From the NCBI GenBank assembly GCA_041577295.1, contig JBFGJG010000014.1, forward strand, positions 17,317-81,316: 64,000 nucleotides of DNA, written 5' to 3'. A program made the position numbers and the translations under genes. The notes under the pieces were generated by a model that was given only the letters and a program-made list of their open reading frames with translations, had not been told where the DNA came from and did not search any database. Shown piece after piece: positions 1 to 11,054 of the stretch (positions within the stretch are counted from its first letter, which is position 1; each line of letters begins with the position of its first letter). Source of the DNA: Gemmatimonadales bacterium. GTDB taxonomy: Bacteria > Gemmatimonadota > Gemmatimonadetes > Gemmatimonadales > GWC2-71-9.

Positions 1-111
1 TAACGTCTCGCCGGGGAAGAGGTCGAACGAAACGTCGTCTACGGCCCGCGCCCAGCCGTTGTCGGTTGGAAAGCTCGTCGCGAGATGCCGCACCTGAAGG
101 ATCGGGTTCAT
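1..111 (-). CDS. Oligopeptide/dipeptide ABC transporter ATP-binding subunit (OppD/DppD-like), N-terminal fragment running off the window edge
   Basis: Manual translation from ATG at 111 gives MNPILQVRHLATSFPTDNGWARAVDDVSFDLFPGETL, the typical OppD/DppD start; ATGA overlap with the upstream permease stop. Confidence 0.8.
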   Translation of the reverse strand, partial: MNPILQVRHLATSFPTDNGWARAVDDVSFDLFPGETL

Positions 112-944
112 TGCGATCGCGGATCCAAGGCGTTGCGGAGACCGTCTCCCAGCAGACTGAAGGCGATCACCGTGAGCACGATGGCGAATCCGGGAAAGAT
201 GGCGATCCACGGCGCGCTCGTAAGCAGGCTCTGACCCTCCTGGATGATTGCGCCCCACGACGGCGTGGGTGGGCGCACGCCAATGCCGAGAAACGAGAGC
301 CCGGCCTCGATGAGAATGATGTGTCCCATCCCCAGTGTGGCCGTGACGATTACGGGCGCCGCCACGTTGGGAAGCAGATGATACAGAAACAGCCGAGCCC
401 GTCCCGTGCCGAGTGCCTGCGCAGCAGCGATAAACTCCCGATCCCTGAGGCTCAAAATCTCCGCGCGTACGAGGCGACTGGTACCAAACCAACTCGTCAG
501 ACCCAGGATGACGATCAGCACGCCGACGGTGACGTCCTGCCACAGGGCCAGGACCACGAGCAAGAGGAAGATGCGTGGGACGGCCAAGGCGGCATCGACG
601 GCGCGCATCAGCATGGCATCGACAACCCCACCCGCCGTGCCCGCGACCCATCCCACCAACGTGCCAACGGTAATGGAGAGGAACACCGACAGAAAGGCGA
701 CGGTGAGCGAGATCCGTCCGCCGTACAGCACCCGGCTCAGCAGGTCGCGGCTGAAGAAATCTGTGCCAAACGGGTGGCCCGGCGAGGGTGGTTGCAGTTG
801 CCGGGTCGCGAGGTCGAGCTGCTCGGTCGGGTCGTACGGTGTGAGCACGGGTGCGACGACGGCAAGTAGGACCAACGCCGCCACCATCCCCACCCCGATG
901 CGGGCACGACGGTCGCTCAGAAGACGGCGCGTCAGGACATTCAT
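108..944 (-). CDS. Peptide ABC transporter permease (OppC/DppC-like)
   Basis: HPFGTD..SRDLLSRVLYGGRISL, EFIAAAQALG EAA loop, GDGLRNALDPR C-terminus. Confidence 0.93.
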   Translation of the reverse strand: MNVLTRRLLSDRRARIGVGMVAALVLLAVVAPVLTPYDPTEQLDLATRQLQPPSPGHPFGTDFFSRDLLSRVLYGGRISLTVAFLSVFLSITVGTLVGWVAGTAGGVVDAMLMRAVDAALAVPRIFLLLVVLALWQDVTVGVLIVILGLTSWFGTSRLVRAEILSLRDREFIAAAQALGTGRARLFLYHLLPNVAAPVIVTATLGMGHIILIEAGLSFLGIGVRPPTPSWGAIIQEGQSLLTSAPWIAIFPGFAIVLTVIAFSLLGDGLRNALDPRSQ

Positions 945-1915
945 TGGCGGCGCGTCCTCGGATCCACCACGAAGTACAGCGTATCCGATACGAAGTTGCC
1001 GGTCACGACCAGCGCAGCGGACAGCATGGCGGTGCCGCTCACCACGAAGTAGTCGCGCTTGAAGATCGAGTCGACGGCCAGCTTCCCCATACCCGGCCAG
1101 CTGAACACCGTCTCGACCAGCACCGCTCCAGACAGGAGAATTGGGAGAGAAAGGCCAAAGATCGTGATCACCGGCAGCAACGCATTACGCAGGGCATGTC
1201 GGATGAGCACCGCACGTTGTGACAACCCGCGTGCGCGGGCGGCTCGAACGAAGTCCTGGCGGATCACCTCGAGCATCGCGGCGCGTTGGTATCTCGCAGT
1301 CGCCGCGGCACCGACGAGCCCTAAGGTCACGGCTGGGAGGATGAGGTGGATCAGTCGGTCGCCGATCTTGCCGAGCAGAGAGAGGTGCGGGTACGCCACC
1401 GCGTCCCGCGCGCCACCGGCGGGCAACCAATCCAATCCGACCGCAAACACCAGCAGCAGCATGATCCCCAGCCAAAAGATGGGGATCGAGTAGAGCGTGA
1501 GGCTCACCACGGAGAGCGTATCGTCGAGCCGGGAGTTGGGGTGCGCGCCTTGGGTCACGCCAAGCCCGATCCCGATGGTGAAGTCGATCAGGAGTGCGAC
1601 GACGGCCAACAGTAGCGTGTTTGGCAGGCGGTCCCGGATGGCGTGCCAGGCGGGACGGCGCTCGGCGAAGGAGATACCCAGATCACCGCGGGCCAGGCGC
1701 TGGAGGTAACGCACGTACTGTTCGTGGAGTGGCCGATCCAGGCCAAAGTTGCGTCGGTGCTGCTCGAGCAACTCCGTGGAGACCGTGCCTCCCTGTTCCA
1801 TCCGCACGCTAAACGGATCGCCGGGGGCGACTTGCAGGAGCACAAACGTGATGGTGGCGACCAAAAAGATGATCGTCACCGCCTGGAGGAAGCGGAGCGC
1901 GACGAACCGCGTCAC
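941..1915 (-). CDS. Peptide ABC transporter permease (OppB/DppB-like)
   Basis: APGDP, FGLDRPLHEQY, GDLGIS, QDFVRAARARGL, ETVFSWPGMG, DPR C-terminus. Confidence 0.93.
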   Translation of the reverse strand: MTRFVALRFLQAVTIIFLVATITFVLLQVAPGDPFSVRMEQGGTVSTELLEQHRRNFGLDRPLHEQYVRYLQRLARGDLGISFAERRPAWHAIRDRLPNTLLLAVVALLIDFTIGIGLGVTQGAHPNSRLDDTLSVVSLTLYSIPIFWLGIMLLLVFAVGLDWLPAGGARDAVAYPHLSLLGKIGDRLIHLILPAVTLGLVGAAATARYQRAAMLEVIRQDFVRAARARGLSQRAVLIRHALRNALLPVITIFGLSLPILLSGAVLVETVFSWPGMGKLAVDSIFKRDYFVVSGTAMLSAALVVTGNFVSDTLYFVVDPRTRRQ

Positions 1916-1922
1916 GCCGTGC

Positions 1923-3569
1923 CTAATTCAAGAGATCGCGATCGATGTAGCGTGCCGGAGAGACGTTCCACGACCAGATGGTGGAGCCCCACTCATCGGC
2001 ACGTATCGATACGTTCTCGAGGCGACGATGGAGACCCGCCGCCGTGATGGGGGAATACATCCAGATCGCGGGCGGATCGTCATTGATCCGCGCGATCGCC
2101 TCATGCCACGAGGCTCGGGCCGTCTCGACGTCGAACGTCTCGATGGCTCGGCGAATGAGTCGGTCGACTTCGGAGTTGGCGTAGCGTCCCCAGTTGGCAC
2201 CACCGATCGCGGCGCTCGACCACGCTTCTTCAATGCTGGCCGGACTGGGGTCCTGCGTACGCGCACCATAGTACGCGTCTGCCGTGCCATTTTGCGCGCG
2301 TTCGATCCACGTGGGCACATCGAGCGGGGTGATCGCGACCACGATCCCGAGGCGTCGCAGCTGCTCCTGTACGATGACGGCGGAGCGTTGACGGTCGTTG
2401 CTCGTGGTCGGCACGATGAGCTCGAACTGGAAGACTCGGCCATTTCGGTCGAGCACACCGTCATCGTCGCGGTCGCGCCACCCCGCTTGCATCAGGAGCC
2501 GGCGGGCTCGCGTGGTGTCGTATGGCAGCGCACGAACCGACGCATCCCAAATCCACAGCGGCCGCGTGACGGGTCCCTCCGGAACGTGACCGTACTCCCC
2601 CCGCACAGCCCGCACGATCGCCTGACGATCAACCGCCATCGAGAGGGCCTGGCGTACCGTGCGGCTTGCGAAGATGGGGTGGGGACGGGTGCGATCCTCG
2701 GGATCGCGGAAGTTGAACGCGATGTACGCGTAGGCCAAACTGGGTACGAGTTCGACCCTGAGATCGTCAGAACCCTCGATGCTCGAGAGGTCATCGCGAC
2801 GCATGGCGTTCAGGAAATCGGCTTCACCAGCGACCAGCTGTGTGGCAGCGGCGGCCGGATCGGCGACGAACCGCCAGACGATACGCCGTGGGCCAGGCCG
2901 CCCCCGGAAGAAGGTGGAATCCGCCGACAAATCAATTGATTCGCCCACCACCCAGGTGCGTACGCGAAACGGGCCGCTCCCCACCGGGTCGCGGCTCACG
3001 GGGTCACTCGACAACCCCGCTCGCGGGATCGCGGCAAGCTGGTGACGCGGCAAAATCCGCATGTGGTACACCGCGTCGTAGAACTGTTCGGGATACGGGG
3101 AGCTGAAGCGAAACACTACGGTGTTCGCATCGACTGCTTCCACAGACGTAATACGGTCCAGCCGCTGCCGCGCACGCGCGTTCACCAGCGTGTCACGATA
3201 GATCCCGTAGGTAAACGCCACGTCCTCCGCGGTGATCGGTGTGCCGTCGTGCCATCGTACATTCGGCTCGAGTGCGAAGCGGATGGTTAGCGAGTCGTCG
3301 AAACGCCAGCTACGAGCCAGGGCAGGTGTAAAGGTCGCCGGGTCGACGGTATTGAGGTCGGCCCCGATGTCCGCGAGGCGGACAAACAGGAGATCGCTGA
3401 TCGCGATCTCGACGTCGAACTCCGTCAACGGGGGCAGGAGCGTGGTGGGCTCCGCTCCCGAGACAACCACGATCGTCCCGCACCAATCACTGGCACAGGT
3501 CCGTTCGGTGCCACAGGCCAGGAGCCACGCACATGAGAGGAGCCAGCACAGCGTACGGGGCAATCGCAT
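1923..3569 (-). CDS. Peptide/nickel ABC transporter substrate-binding lipoprotein (family 5)
   Basis: Start re-assigned to ATG 3569 (MRLPRTLC...LLAC lipobox); VRWHDGTPITAEDVAFTY, PVGSGPF, VRQALSMAVDR motifs. Confidence 0.9.
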   Translation of the reverse strand: MRLPRTLCWLLSCAWLLACGTERTCASDWCGTIVVVSGAEPTTLLPPLTEFDVEIAISDLLFVRLADIGADLNTVDPATFTPALARSWRFDDSLTIRFALEPNVRWHDGTPITAEDVAFTYGIYRDTLVNARARQRLDRITSVEAVDANTVVFRFSSPYPEQFYDAVYHMRILPRHQLAAIPRAGLSSDPVSRDPVGSGPFRVRTWVVGESIDLSADSTFFRGRPGPRRIVWRFVADPAAAATQLVAGEADFLNAMRRDDLSSIEGSDDLRVELVPSLAYAYIAFNFRDPEDRTRPHPIFASRTVRQALSMAVDRQAIVRAVRGEYGHVPEGPVTRPLWIWDASVRALPYDTTRARRLLMQAGWRDRDDDGVLDRNGRVFQFELIVPTTSNDRQRSAVIVQEQLRRLGIVVAITPLDVPTWIERAQNGTADAYYGARTQDPSPASIEEAWSSAAIGGANWGRYANSEVDRLIRRAIETFDVETARASWHEAIARINDDPPAIWMYSPITAAGLHRRLENVSIRADEWGSTIWSWNVSPARYIDRDLLN

Positions 3570-3595
3570 GGAGTTGAGAAGGTCGTGAGAAACCT

Positions 3596-4366
3596 TCACG
3601 CGCGCCAGGTCCACGATTCGTCGGCGAATCGTCCGCAGTCCGTCACGGCTGGAAGCGACTGCTCGACCCATGTGCCTGGCCACCTGGCCGCGGCCTCGAA
3701 GCGGATCGCCGCGGCGACGTCGTCGAACGTCAAGTGTCTGTTCAGGCCGACGTCCTCAAGAGACGCAGCATGCGCTGAGGTGGCCTTGCCGCGGGTCACG
3801 CGCGTCACGACATCCTGGTCGTTTGCGAGTAGGATCGATCCGTGTTGCAGGAATGCGTTTCCCTCTCGCACTTGCGCGCTGCCGGCCAGCTTCCCCGTTC
3901 CAATAAGCAGCTCGCCACCGACCGGCTGTGCGAAGCACGCACCCGCCGCTGGACCCGGTATGCCGTCGCGCGGCCGAGGAGCGAGTTCGACGGGGACCCC
4001 GATTGACCGAAGTGCCGCTGCGAGCATCCGATGGATTGTCACGTACGTCTCGCGCAGTGAGCTAAAGGTCTCGATCGGTGCCGCCACGGCATAGGTCACC
4101 TCGGCATCGTGCCACACCGCGCGTCCACCGGTCGGACGGCGCACCGTTTCGATGTGGAGCTGGTCGATGAGCTGGCGGTCGTAGCGCACGCAAGCGCGCT
4201 CGTTACGACCAAAGGATAGACACGGAGGAGACCAGCGATAGAGCCGGAGATACGCCGCCCCCTCCTGTGCCGCTGACAGGAGGGAGTAATCGACCGCCAT
4301 GTTCTCGTCGCCCGCGCGACCCTCGGGCTCGACGACCACCGTCCAGCGCGTCGCGCGCCGATTCAG
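3596..4366 (-). CDS. Lipoate-protein ligase family, single catalytic domain (LipM-like octanoyltransferase)
   Basis: [41 protein letters not shown]. Start uncertain; a CTG at 4366 overlapping the gcvP stop is proposed, because the track's longer N-terminus lies inside gcvP. Confidence 0.82.
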   Translation of the reverse strand: MNRRATRWTVVVEPEGRAGDENMAVDYSLLSAAQEGAAYLRLYRWSPPCLSFGRNERACVRYDRQLIDQLHIETVRRPTGGRAVWHDAEVTYAVAAPIETFSSLRETYVTIHRMLAAALRSIGVPVELAPRPRDGIPGPAAGACFAQPVGGELLIGTGKLAGSAQVREGNAFLQHGSILLANDQDVVTRVTRGKATSAHAASLEDVGLNRHLTFDDVAAAIRFEAAARWPGTWVEQSLPAVTDCGRFADESWTWRA

Positions 4367-7257
4367 GAAGCTCCCTCCGCCGCCGGTACGAGGTACTCGT
4401 CCATAGGAGGACACGTGCAGACCAGGTGGCGATCGCCGTAGGCCGCGTCGACGCGCCCTACGGCCGGCCAAACCTTGTGTTCGCGCGTCTCGCGTGTGGG
4501 GAACCCGGCCCGCTCTCGCGAGTATGGCCGGTTCCACTCGTCGCACAGGACGTCTTCGAGCGTGTGCGGGGCATGGGTCAGCAGGTTGTGCTCCCGGTCC
4601 GCCTTGCCCTCTTCGATCTCACGAATCTCGTTGCGGATGGCGATCATCGCTTCGCAAAAGCGGTCGAGCTCGCGCTTCGACTCGCTCTCGGTTGGCTCGA
4701 TCATCATCGTACCCGGCACGGGGAATGAGATCGTGGGCGCGTGGAATCCGTAGTCCATGAGCCGCTTGGCGATGTCTTCCACCTCGATACCGGCCGACGT
4801 CTTGAAGGGTCGTGTGTCGATGATACACTCGTGGGCGATCAAGCCGTGGCGCCCAGCATAGAGCAGATCGTAGTGCCCGGCGAGACGCCGTGCCATGTAG
4901 TTCGCGTTGAGGATCGCCACCTTGGTGGCCTCGGTTAACCCTTCGGCTCCCATCAGCGCCAGGTATGCCCAGGAGATGGGGAGGATCGATGGGCTCCCCC
5001 ACGGAGCCGCAGAAACGGTTCCGCACGCCTTTTCGATTCCGAGCGGCACCACCGGGTGATCAGGAAGGTACGGTGCCAGGCGCTGCGTGACACCGATCGG
5101 CCCCATCCCGGGGCCACCGCCGCCGTGCGGGATGCAGAACGTCTTGTGCAGGTTGAGGTGACACACGTCGGCTCCGAAGTCGCCGGGCCGGCTGAGCCCA
5201 ACCAGGGCGTTCATGTTGGCACCGTCCATGTACACTAGGCCGCCGTGACGATGGACTACCTCGCAGATTTCACGGATCGCGGTTTCGAAGACACCGTGTG
5301 TCGAGGGGTACGTCACCATAAGGGCAGCCAGCGACTCACTGTGCTCCTTCGCCTTCTGGCGGAGATCATCGACATCGACGTTGCCGCCATCGTCCGTGCG
5401 TACGGGAACAACCTTCATCCCGGCCATCACGGCGCTTGCGGGATTGGTGCCGTGCGCAGACTGCGGGATGAGGCAGACGGTGCGATGACCGTCGCCACGA
5501 TCGCGGTGGTAGGCCCGTATCACCAGCAGGCCCGCGTACTCACCCTGTGCACCGGCGTTGGGTTGCAGTGAGATCGCGGCGAAACCGGTGATCTCTGCGA
5601 GTTGCGCCTCGAGATCGTCGAACAGCTGGCGGTAGCCGCGTGCCTGCTCTGTGGGTGCAAAGGGGTGCAAGCGATTGAACTCAGGCCAGCTCACCGGGAT
5701 CATCTCGGTTGTCGCGTTGAGCTTCATGGTACACGAGCCGAGCGGAATCATGGCGGACGTGAGTGAGAGATCCCGATTCTCGAGACGCTTGAGATACCGA
5801 AGCATCTCGGTCTCTGAGTGATAAGAATTGAAAATCGGGTGCTCCAGAAACGCGGACGTACGCCTGAGCGCGTTCGGGATACCGGAGGGCGCCGAGTCCA
5901 CCAGATTAGCCACGTCGAACGACACTGAGGACTTCACCGCGAAAATCTCCACCAGATCCCTAACGTCCTCGAGGGTCGTGGTCTCGTCGAGCGTGATCCC
6001 AATTCGGTCGGCCGCGACGGGGCGCAAGCCTATACTCCGCTCCGTCGCGCGCTCATGGATGCGCTTGGCGGTCGTCTTGTCAGTGACCACCGTGATGGTA
6101 TCGAAGAACGTGGAGTGTGCCAGCTGATGACCGAGGCGGCGCAACGCTTCAGCGAACACACGCGTGAACGTGTGCACATGGGTGGCGATACGGCGGAGTC
6201 CCGCAGGCCCATGGTAGACCGCGTACATGCCAGCCATTACGGCTAGCAGCACCTGCGCTGTGCAGATGTTGCTCGTGGCGCGCTCGCGACGGATATGCTG
6301 CTCGCGGGTCTGGAGCGCCATGCGCAACGCCGGCCGGCCCGCGACGTCCTTCGTGACCCCAATGATGCGTCCTGGAACCTGGCGTTTGTAGGTCTCTCGG
6401 GTGGCAAAGTAGGCCGCGTGTGGGCCGCCGTACCCCAAGGGAACGCCGAATCGCTGCGTGTTTCCCACCGCCACATCTGCCCCCCACTCACCAGGCGGCA
6501 TGAGCAACACCAGGCTCAGCAGATCGGCCGCCACCGTAACGAGGGCACTCTGCGCATGCATCCGATTCGTGAGCTCACGAAAATCGTCGATACGGCCCTC
6601 GGTCGATGGGTACTGCACCAGCGCACCGATAACTCCCGGGCCTCCACTGAACGTCCTGGGGCTCGCGACCACGGTTTCGATGCCCCGCGCCTCGGCCCGG
6701 GTTCGGACGACCGCGATGGTCTGTGGGTGGCATGCCTCGTCAATGAGATAAACCGGAGTGCCGCTCACCTTTGACACGGCCAGCGTGAGGGCCATCGCTT
6801 CCGCCGCCGCCGTCGCCTCGTCCAGCAACGAGGCGTTGGCGATCTCGAGTCCTGTGAGATCGACTAGCATCGTTTCGAAATTGAGGAGGGCCTCCAAGCG
6901 GCCCTGGGCGATCTCGGCCTGATACGGCGTGTACGCGGTGTACCAACCCGGGTTCTCCAGAACGTTGCGTTGGATGACAGGCGGCACCATGCAGTCGGCG
7001 TATCCCATGCCGATGTACGACCGGAACACGAGGTTGTGATCCGCAAGGGTTCTGAGCGTGCTGAGCACCTCGAACTCACTGCGTGCCGGTGGCAGTTGGA
7101 GCGGTCGCTCGAGCCGGATGTCCTCGGGTACGACGGCGTCCGCGAGCGCTTCGAGCGACGCGTATCCTACGGTCTCCAGCATGGTCCGGATCTCGTCCGC
7201 ACGCGGCCCGATGTGCCTCGCGATGAATTGATCGGTTTGGGATCTCGCTTGTGCCAT
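4363..7257 (-). CDS. gcvP: Glycine dehydrogenase (decarboxylating), glycine cleavage P protein, single-chain
   Basis: [55 protein letters not shown] (PLP lysine); 964 aa. Confidence 0.98.
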   Translation of the reverse strand: MAQARSQTDQFIARHIGPRADEIRTMLETVGYASLEALADAVVPEDIRLERPLQLPPARSEFEVLSTLRTLADHNLVFRSYIGMGYADCMVPPVIQRNVLENPGWYTAYTPYQAEIAQGRLEALLNFETMLVDLTGLEIANASLLDEATAAAEAMALTLAVSKVSGTPVYLIDEACHPQTIAVVRTRAEARGIETVVASPRTFSGGPGVIGALVQYPSTEGRIDDFRELTNRMHAQSALVTVAADLLSLVLLMPPGEWGADVAVGNTQRFGVPLGYGGPHAAYFATRETYKRQVPGRIIGVTKDVAGRPALRMALQTREQHIRRERATSNICTAQVLLAVMAGMYAVYHGPAGLRRIATHVHTFTRVFAEALRRLGHQLAHSTFFDTITVVTDKTTAKRIHERATERSIGLRPVAADRIGITLDETTTLEDVRDLVEIFAVKSSVSFDVANLVDSAPSGIPNALRRTSAFLEHPIFNSYHSETEMLRYLKRLENRDLSLTSAMIPLGSCTMKLNATTEMIPVSWPEFNRLHPFAPTEQARGYRQLFDDLEAQLAEITGFAAISLQPNAGAQGEYAGLLVIRAYHRDRGDGHRTVCLIPQSAHGTNPASAVMAGMKVVPVRTDDGGNVDVDDLRQKAKEHSESLAALMVTYPSTHGVFETAIREICEVVHRHGGLVYMDGANMNALVGLSRPGDFGADVCHLNLHKTFCIPHGGGGPGMGPIGVTQRLAPYLPDHPVVPLGIEKACGTVSAAPWGSPSILPISWAYLALMGAEGLTEATKVAILNANYMARRLAGHYDLLYAGRHGLIAHECIIDTRPFKTSAGIEVEDIAKRLMDYGFHAPTISFPVPGTMMIEPTESESKRELDRFCEAMIAIRNEIREIEEGKADREHNLLTHAPHTLEDVLCDEWNRPYSRERAGFPTRETREHKVWPAVGRVDAAYGDRHLVCTCPPMDEYLVPAAEGAS

Positions 7258-7277
7258 GTTGGTCCTATGCGTACAAA

Positions 7278-7299
7278 CGCCTCGGGACGTCCCGAGGCG
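7278..7299. repeat. 22-bp perfect palindrome between gcvH and gcvP
   Basis: CGCCTCGGGACGTCCCGAGGCG is its own reverse complement. Confidence 0.85.
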
Positions 7300-7332
7300 C
7301 GTCTCCTCACGAGCTGGTCCGGCAGGAGCGGG

Positions 7333-7725
7333 CTACTCGCCCACGTGCTGTGCGTAGTCGGCTGCGGTTAGCAGCCTCTCGAGATCTCCTTCGTTGCGCA
7401 GCTTCATCTTGATCATCCACCCATCGCCGTACGGCTCTCGGTTCACGAGGGCGGGATCGCGCTCCAACGCATCATTGATCTCGACGACCTCACCAGCCAC
7501 CGGACAAAACAGCTCGGAGACGGCCTTGACGGCCTCGATGGTTCCAAAGACGTCCATCGGGCTCAGTTTTGTCCCCACGTCGACTGTGAACTCGACGTAC
7601 ACCACATCACCCAACTCTCCCTGGGCGTAATCGGTGATTCCCACGACAACAATGCCCGGATCCTCCGAAGGTCTCACGTATTCGTGCTCCTCCGTGTAAT
7701 GCAGGTTGTCAGGGATTTCGGACAT
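7333..7725 (-). CDS. gcvH: Glycine cleavage system H protein
   Basis: YTEEHEY, GITDYAQGELGDVVYVE, IEAVKAVSE (lipoyl-Lys), PYGDGWMIK. Confidence 0.97.
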   Translation of the reverse strand: MSEIPDNLHYTEEHEYVRPSEDPGIVVVGITDYAQGELGDVVYVEFTVDVGTKLSPMDVFGTIEAVKAVSELFCPVAGEVVEINDALERDPALVNREPYGDGWMIKMKLRNEGDLERLLTAADYAQHVGE

Positions 7726-7770
7726 GACGCTCCGTTATCGGTTGTGAGACCACCGGGGCCGGCGGTTAGG

Positions 7771-8988
7771 TTACCTGCGCTCCGGAGGACTGTCAACTAG
7801 CTCTGGAAATGGCAAAAATAGGTCGCTTACGGGGCGGGAGACGCGTCCTTTAGCGCGGAAGCTCTCACGCTCCTCGCCAGCCCACGCGCTGGATTCCCTC
7901 CCCAGAATGGGTGCGTTGCCATAGGCGTCGAGGGCAGCCTGTTTTCGGTCGCGCCAGGGACGAACATCGATTCGCGCCGCGATCTCCTCGGGAGCCGTAT
8001 CGTGCGGTCGCGCTAAGGCTTCCAACGCGACAGCGAATGCGGCCATGCGACGCGCGGTGCCCGCCCGCACCACCCACGACTGCACTCGCTGCCGGAGCAG
8101 GTCACCAACATCAGAGCCGGAGCTGATGACCACGAGGTGCCCCGCCCGCTCAGCGGCAGCGGTGATCGCCGCCACGGCGTGCGTCTCGTCCTCAATCCCT
8201 CGCAGGCCGGTGATTCCAAGTGCTGAGCACGCGCGCCTGAGGGGATCGGTCACGGTCCCTGCCACCAAGACACCCACCTGAGTCGTGGCATCGACGTAGC
8301 GGGCAAGCGTGCCACCCATGAGGGCCGACTCGTCACCCGGGTACGCGCACACGGCCAGTAACCCACCGGCGGTTCCTATCTCATGGCGGGCCGCGCGGGT
8401 CCGAATAGCGCACCATGCCCGCCACGCCGCGGACCGGAGCTCGTCCAACGAGCCGTCATTCTCGAGGACGACATCACTCTGACGCCGCTTCTCTTCGCTG
8501 GGCATTTGCGATGCAATCAGCCGGTCGGCCTCGGCGGCATCGAGCCCACGCATCTGCATGAGACGCGCCTTGCGAAGCTCCACGGGCGCATCGACCAACA
8601 CGATCAAATCGAACACGCCGGGGTCGAGCACTTCAAACAGCAACGGAATGTCGTTGAGGAGAATGCAATCGCCGCGGAGCCGTGCCGCCTCGGCGCGCTC
8701 ATTTCGCGTGCGCTGCACCGCTGGATGGACGATCGCATTGAGCGCGGCGAGCGCCGCGTCGTCCCCCATCACGAGGCCGCGCAACCGCGCCCGGTCCAAC
8801 GACCCATCCGGACGGAGCACCGAATCCCCAAAGCGCCGGACGATAGCGGCGAGTACAGGCGAACCGGGGCGCTGAGCGTCGCGAGCCAACTCGTCGGCGT
8901 CGATGACCGTGGCGCCCCACGCCGCAAACCACTGGAGAACAGTCGATTTTCCTGCGGCAACGTTGCCGGTGAGTCCGACGTTGAGCAT
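7771..8988 (-). CDS. coaE: Dephospho-CoA kinase fused to a C-terminal degenerate PIG-L/LmbE-like domain
   Basis: N-terminal GLTGNVAAGKSTV, IDADELAR, LNAIVHPAV, DIPLLFE, SQMP. The C-terminal ~200 aa begin LLAVCAYPGDES (cf. LLAVFAHPDDE) and contain IDV...RKQAALDAY. Confidence 0.85.
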   Translation of the reverse strand: MLNVGLTGNVAAGKSTVLQWFAAWGATVIDADELARDAQRPGSPVLAAIVRRFGDSVLRPDGSLDRARLRGLVMGDDAALAALNAIVHPAVQRTRNERAEAARLRGDCILLNDIPLLFEVLDPGVFDLIVLVDAPVELRKARLMQMRGLDAAEADRLIASQMPSEEKRRQSDVVLENDGSLDELRSAAWRAWCAIRTRAARHEIGTAGGLLAVCAYPGDESALMGGTLARYVDATTQVGVLVAGTVTDPLRRACSALGITGLRGIEDETHAVAAITAAAERAGHLVVISSGSDVGDLLRQRVQSWVVRAGTARRMAAFAVALEALARPHDTAPEEIAARIDVRPWRDRKQAALDAYGNAPILGRESSAWAGEERESFRAKGRVSRPVSDLFLPFPELVDSPPERR

Positions 8989-9003
8989 CGGACGGAAGAT
9001 AGG

Positions 9004-9630
9004 CTAGGCGGCGCCGCCTGACGCCCGCTCGAACAGCTTGGTCTGGTCCACGTCTGCCGGCAGGACTTCGTGGCAGTGCCGGCAGCGCGCTTCGTACGAT
9101 TCGCTTCCTCCGACCATGATGGTGGGCGAGTCGTACGCGGCCGGCTGGCCGTCGATGAGACGCTGATTACGACAGGCGGGGTCACCACAGCGCACACAGA
9201 TGGCGTGGAGCTTGTCCACCACTTCGGCCACCGCCAGCAAGTGAGGCATTGCCCCAAACGGCTCGCCACGAAAATCCGTTTCTGTACCGGCCACGATGAC
9301 GCGCACACCGTTCAGGGCGAGCTCGGTACACACTTCCACGATGCCATCGTCGAGAAACTGAGCCTCATCGACGGCTACAACCTGAACGTCGGGCCGAATG
9401 AGACGCATGATCTCCGTCGACGAATCGACGGGGTGCGCATCCACGGCCAATCCGTCGTGTGTCGTGACACTGTAGACCCCGAAACGATCGTCGATGTGCG
9501 ACTTGAAGACTTGCACACGGCGTTTTGCTATGATGGCCCGCCGCACTCGGCGGATCAACTCTTCACTCTTACCGCTGAACATGACGCCCGTGACGACTTC
9601 GATCCAACCGGGGCGGGAGCTGTGAAGCAT
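9004..9630 (-). CDS. tdk: Thymidine kinase
   Basis: [33 protein letters not shown]...YEARCRHC zinc site. Confidence 0.96.
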   Translation of the reverse strand: MLHSSRPGWIEVVTGVMFSGKSEELIRRVRRAIIAKRRVQVFKSHIDDRFGVYSVTTHDGLAVDAHPVDSSTEIMRLIRPDVQVVAVDEAQFLDDGIVEVCTELALNGVRVIVAGTETDFRGEPFGAMPHLLAVAEVVDKLHAICVRCGDPACRNQRLIDGQPAAYDSPTIMVGGSESYEARCRHCHEVLPADVDQTKLFERASGGAA

Positions 9631-9716
9631 GACGTGTTCGGCCTCGTACCGGCGAGCAACGTGAAGGCGGGTGGAGGTTAGTCTTTGCCGACCGGCGAGG
9701 CAAGCGTGTCCCGCGT

Positions 9717-11054
9717 CTACTCCGTTCGTGCACCGATCCGCCGCCCGCGCACCACGAGCCCATCCAATCCTTTCACCGCTCGTTCGGCGGCTTCGGCGCG
9801 CACATCGACGACGCTGAATCCCTCTCGGATGTCGACTCGACCTACTTGATGGCGTGCGAGACCGACTGCGTTGAGCAGAGCACCGACCACATCACCGGCG
9901 CGGAGGCGTTCGCGGCGACCCGCATCGAGACGCACGCGCACCCAGTGCGTGCCCTCGCGTTGCGGCGTCGGGGCGCCGGCCCCCGGTTCCGCGAGTTGCA
10001 GCGCCGCCGCCGCCACCAGGGCCGGATCCCATTCATCGAGCAACGGTGCGATGGCGTAGAGCGCACCCGGATCCGACTCGGCCTCGAGTCGGTCGCGCAG
10101 CTTGCGCCGTAGCGCACCGGCGCGATCGCGCGCGCGATCCACTTCGGAGGGAAGTCGGAGAACGCCGAGCGGGTCCGCGAGCTGCCTGAGGTACGGAAGC
10201 TGGTGCGGCCGTATCAACACCACCGACTGCTTGGCGACCGCGCCGAGCGCCGCGAGCGCTTCTCCGGACGGGAGATCGACGGCGATGGCCAGGTCGACCG
10301 GCTCCGCTCCGATCACCGCCGAGACGTGCACCGTGGGGTCACCGGCAAGCGAGCGCCACCGTTCCGCTGCCAACGGCGAAGGGTCCCACAAGAGCGTGGA
10401 TGCCGGATTGAGCACGTCGAGAGCCGCGCGCAGTGCGGTGCGCAACTGCTCCGGCGGCACCACCGCATAGCGCACCCCTCGGAGGGGCACCTGGGGAGTC
10501 CGTGACACATAGCTCGTAGCGGCACGGTATGCGTGACGGTTCAAAAAGTCTTCCGCGTCGAGCGGATTGCGCGTCACGACCAACCGTTGCGTGCCAGAGA
10601 ATGCCTCGAGCACGGTGTCGAGCAACGCACCGGCCTCGAGCGTCGCATGAATCTCCGGCCACAGCACCACCACGTGGCGCACTCCCTCAGATCGGAGTTG
10701 GGAGCGGCCAACGAGCTGTACGGCGTCCGACGGCGTCGTGATGAGCGTCCGGACCGGGCCTGCGCCCAGCCGTCTGGCGGCGCGGGCGAGCCCGCTGACG
10801 AGGCAGATGGGCTGTCGCGCGTCGCGGGTGGCGAGCGTGTCGGTGAGTTCGGCTGCTTCGGATGGCCCAGGTGCGAGGACGATGGTTTCGAGGCCCGTTT
10901 CGCCGCTGGACCAAAGGTGATCGAAGAGCGGGAGTGCCGCCCACGTCGCCGGCGGGCAGACGTAGATCAGTGGTTTACCACTCTCGATGGCGGCGCGGGC
11001 CGCCGCATCGAGCGAAGATGCAAATTCCCAGGACACGCGAACCTCGGTTGTCAA
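9717..11054 (-). CDS. DEAD-box-helicase-like protein with degenerate ATPase motifs and C-terminal DbpA-type RNA-binding domain
   Basis: C-terminal [26 protein letters not shown]...[15 protein letters not shown] resembles the DbpA/CsdA RNA-binding domain. N-terminal remnants IVLAP..E(A)A and LITTP correspond to motifs Ia/Ib. No GKT or DEAD. TTG start. Confidence 0.7.
   Translation of the reverse strand: MTTEVRVSWEFASSLDAAARAAIESGKPLIYVCPPATWAALPLFDHLWSSGETGLETIVLAPGPSEAAELTDTLATRDARQPICLVSGLARAARRLGAGPVRTLITTPSDAVQLVGRSQLRSEGVRHVVVLWPEIHATLEAGALLDTVLEAFSGTQRLVVTRNPLDAEDFLNRHAYRAATSYVSRTPQVPLRGVRYAVVPPEQLRTALRAALDVLNPASTLLWDPSPLAAERWRSLAGDPTVHVSAVIGAEPVDLAIAVDLPSGEALAALGAVAKQSVVLIRPHQLPYLRQLADPLGVLRLPSEVDRARDRAGALRRKLRDRLEAESDPGALYAIAPLLDEWDPALVAAAALQLAEPGAGAPTPQREGTHWVRVRLDAGRRERLRAGDVVGALLNAVGLARHQVGRVDIREGFSVVDVRAEAAERAVKGLDGLVVRGRRIGARTE

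Noticed and set aside
1749..2939. 396-aa + strand ORF, and similar long antisense ORFs such as 32036..33229, 38559..39713 and 59968..61020
   Set aside because: They lie opposite well-supported genes and have no recognisable domains.
7726..7770. Glycine riboswitch upstream of gcvH
   Set aside because: Only 45 nt separate coaE and gcvH; no room and no aptamer motif.
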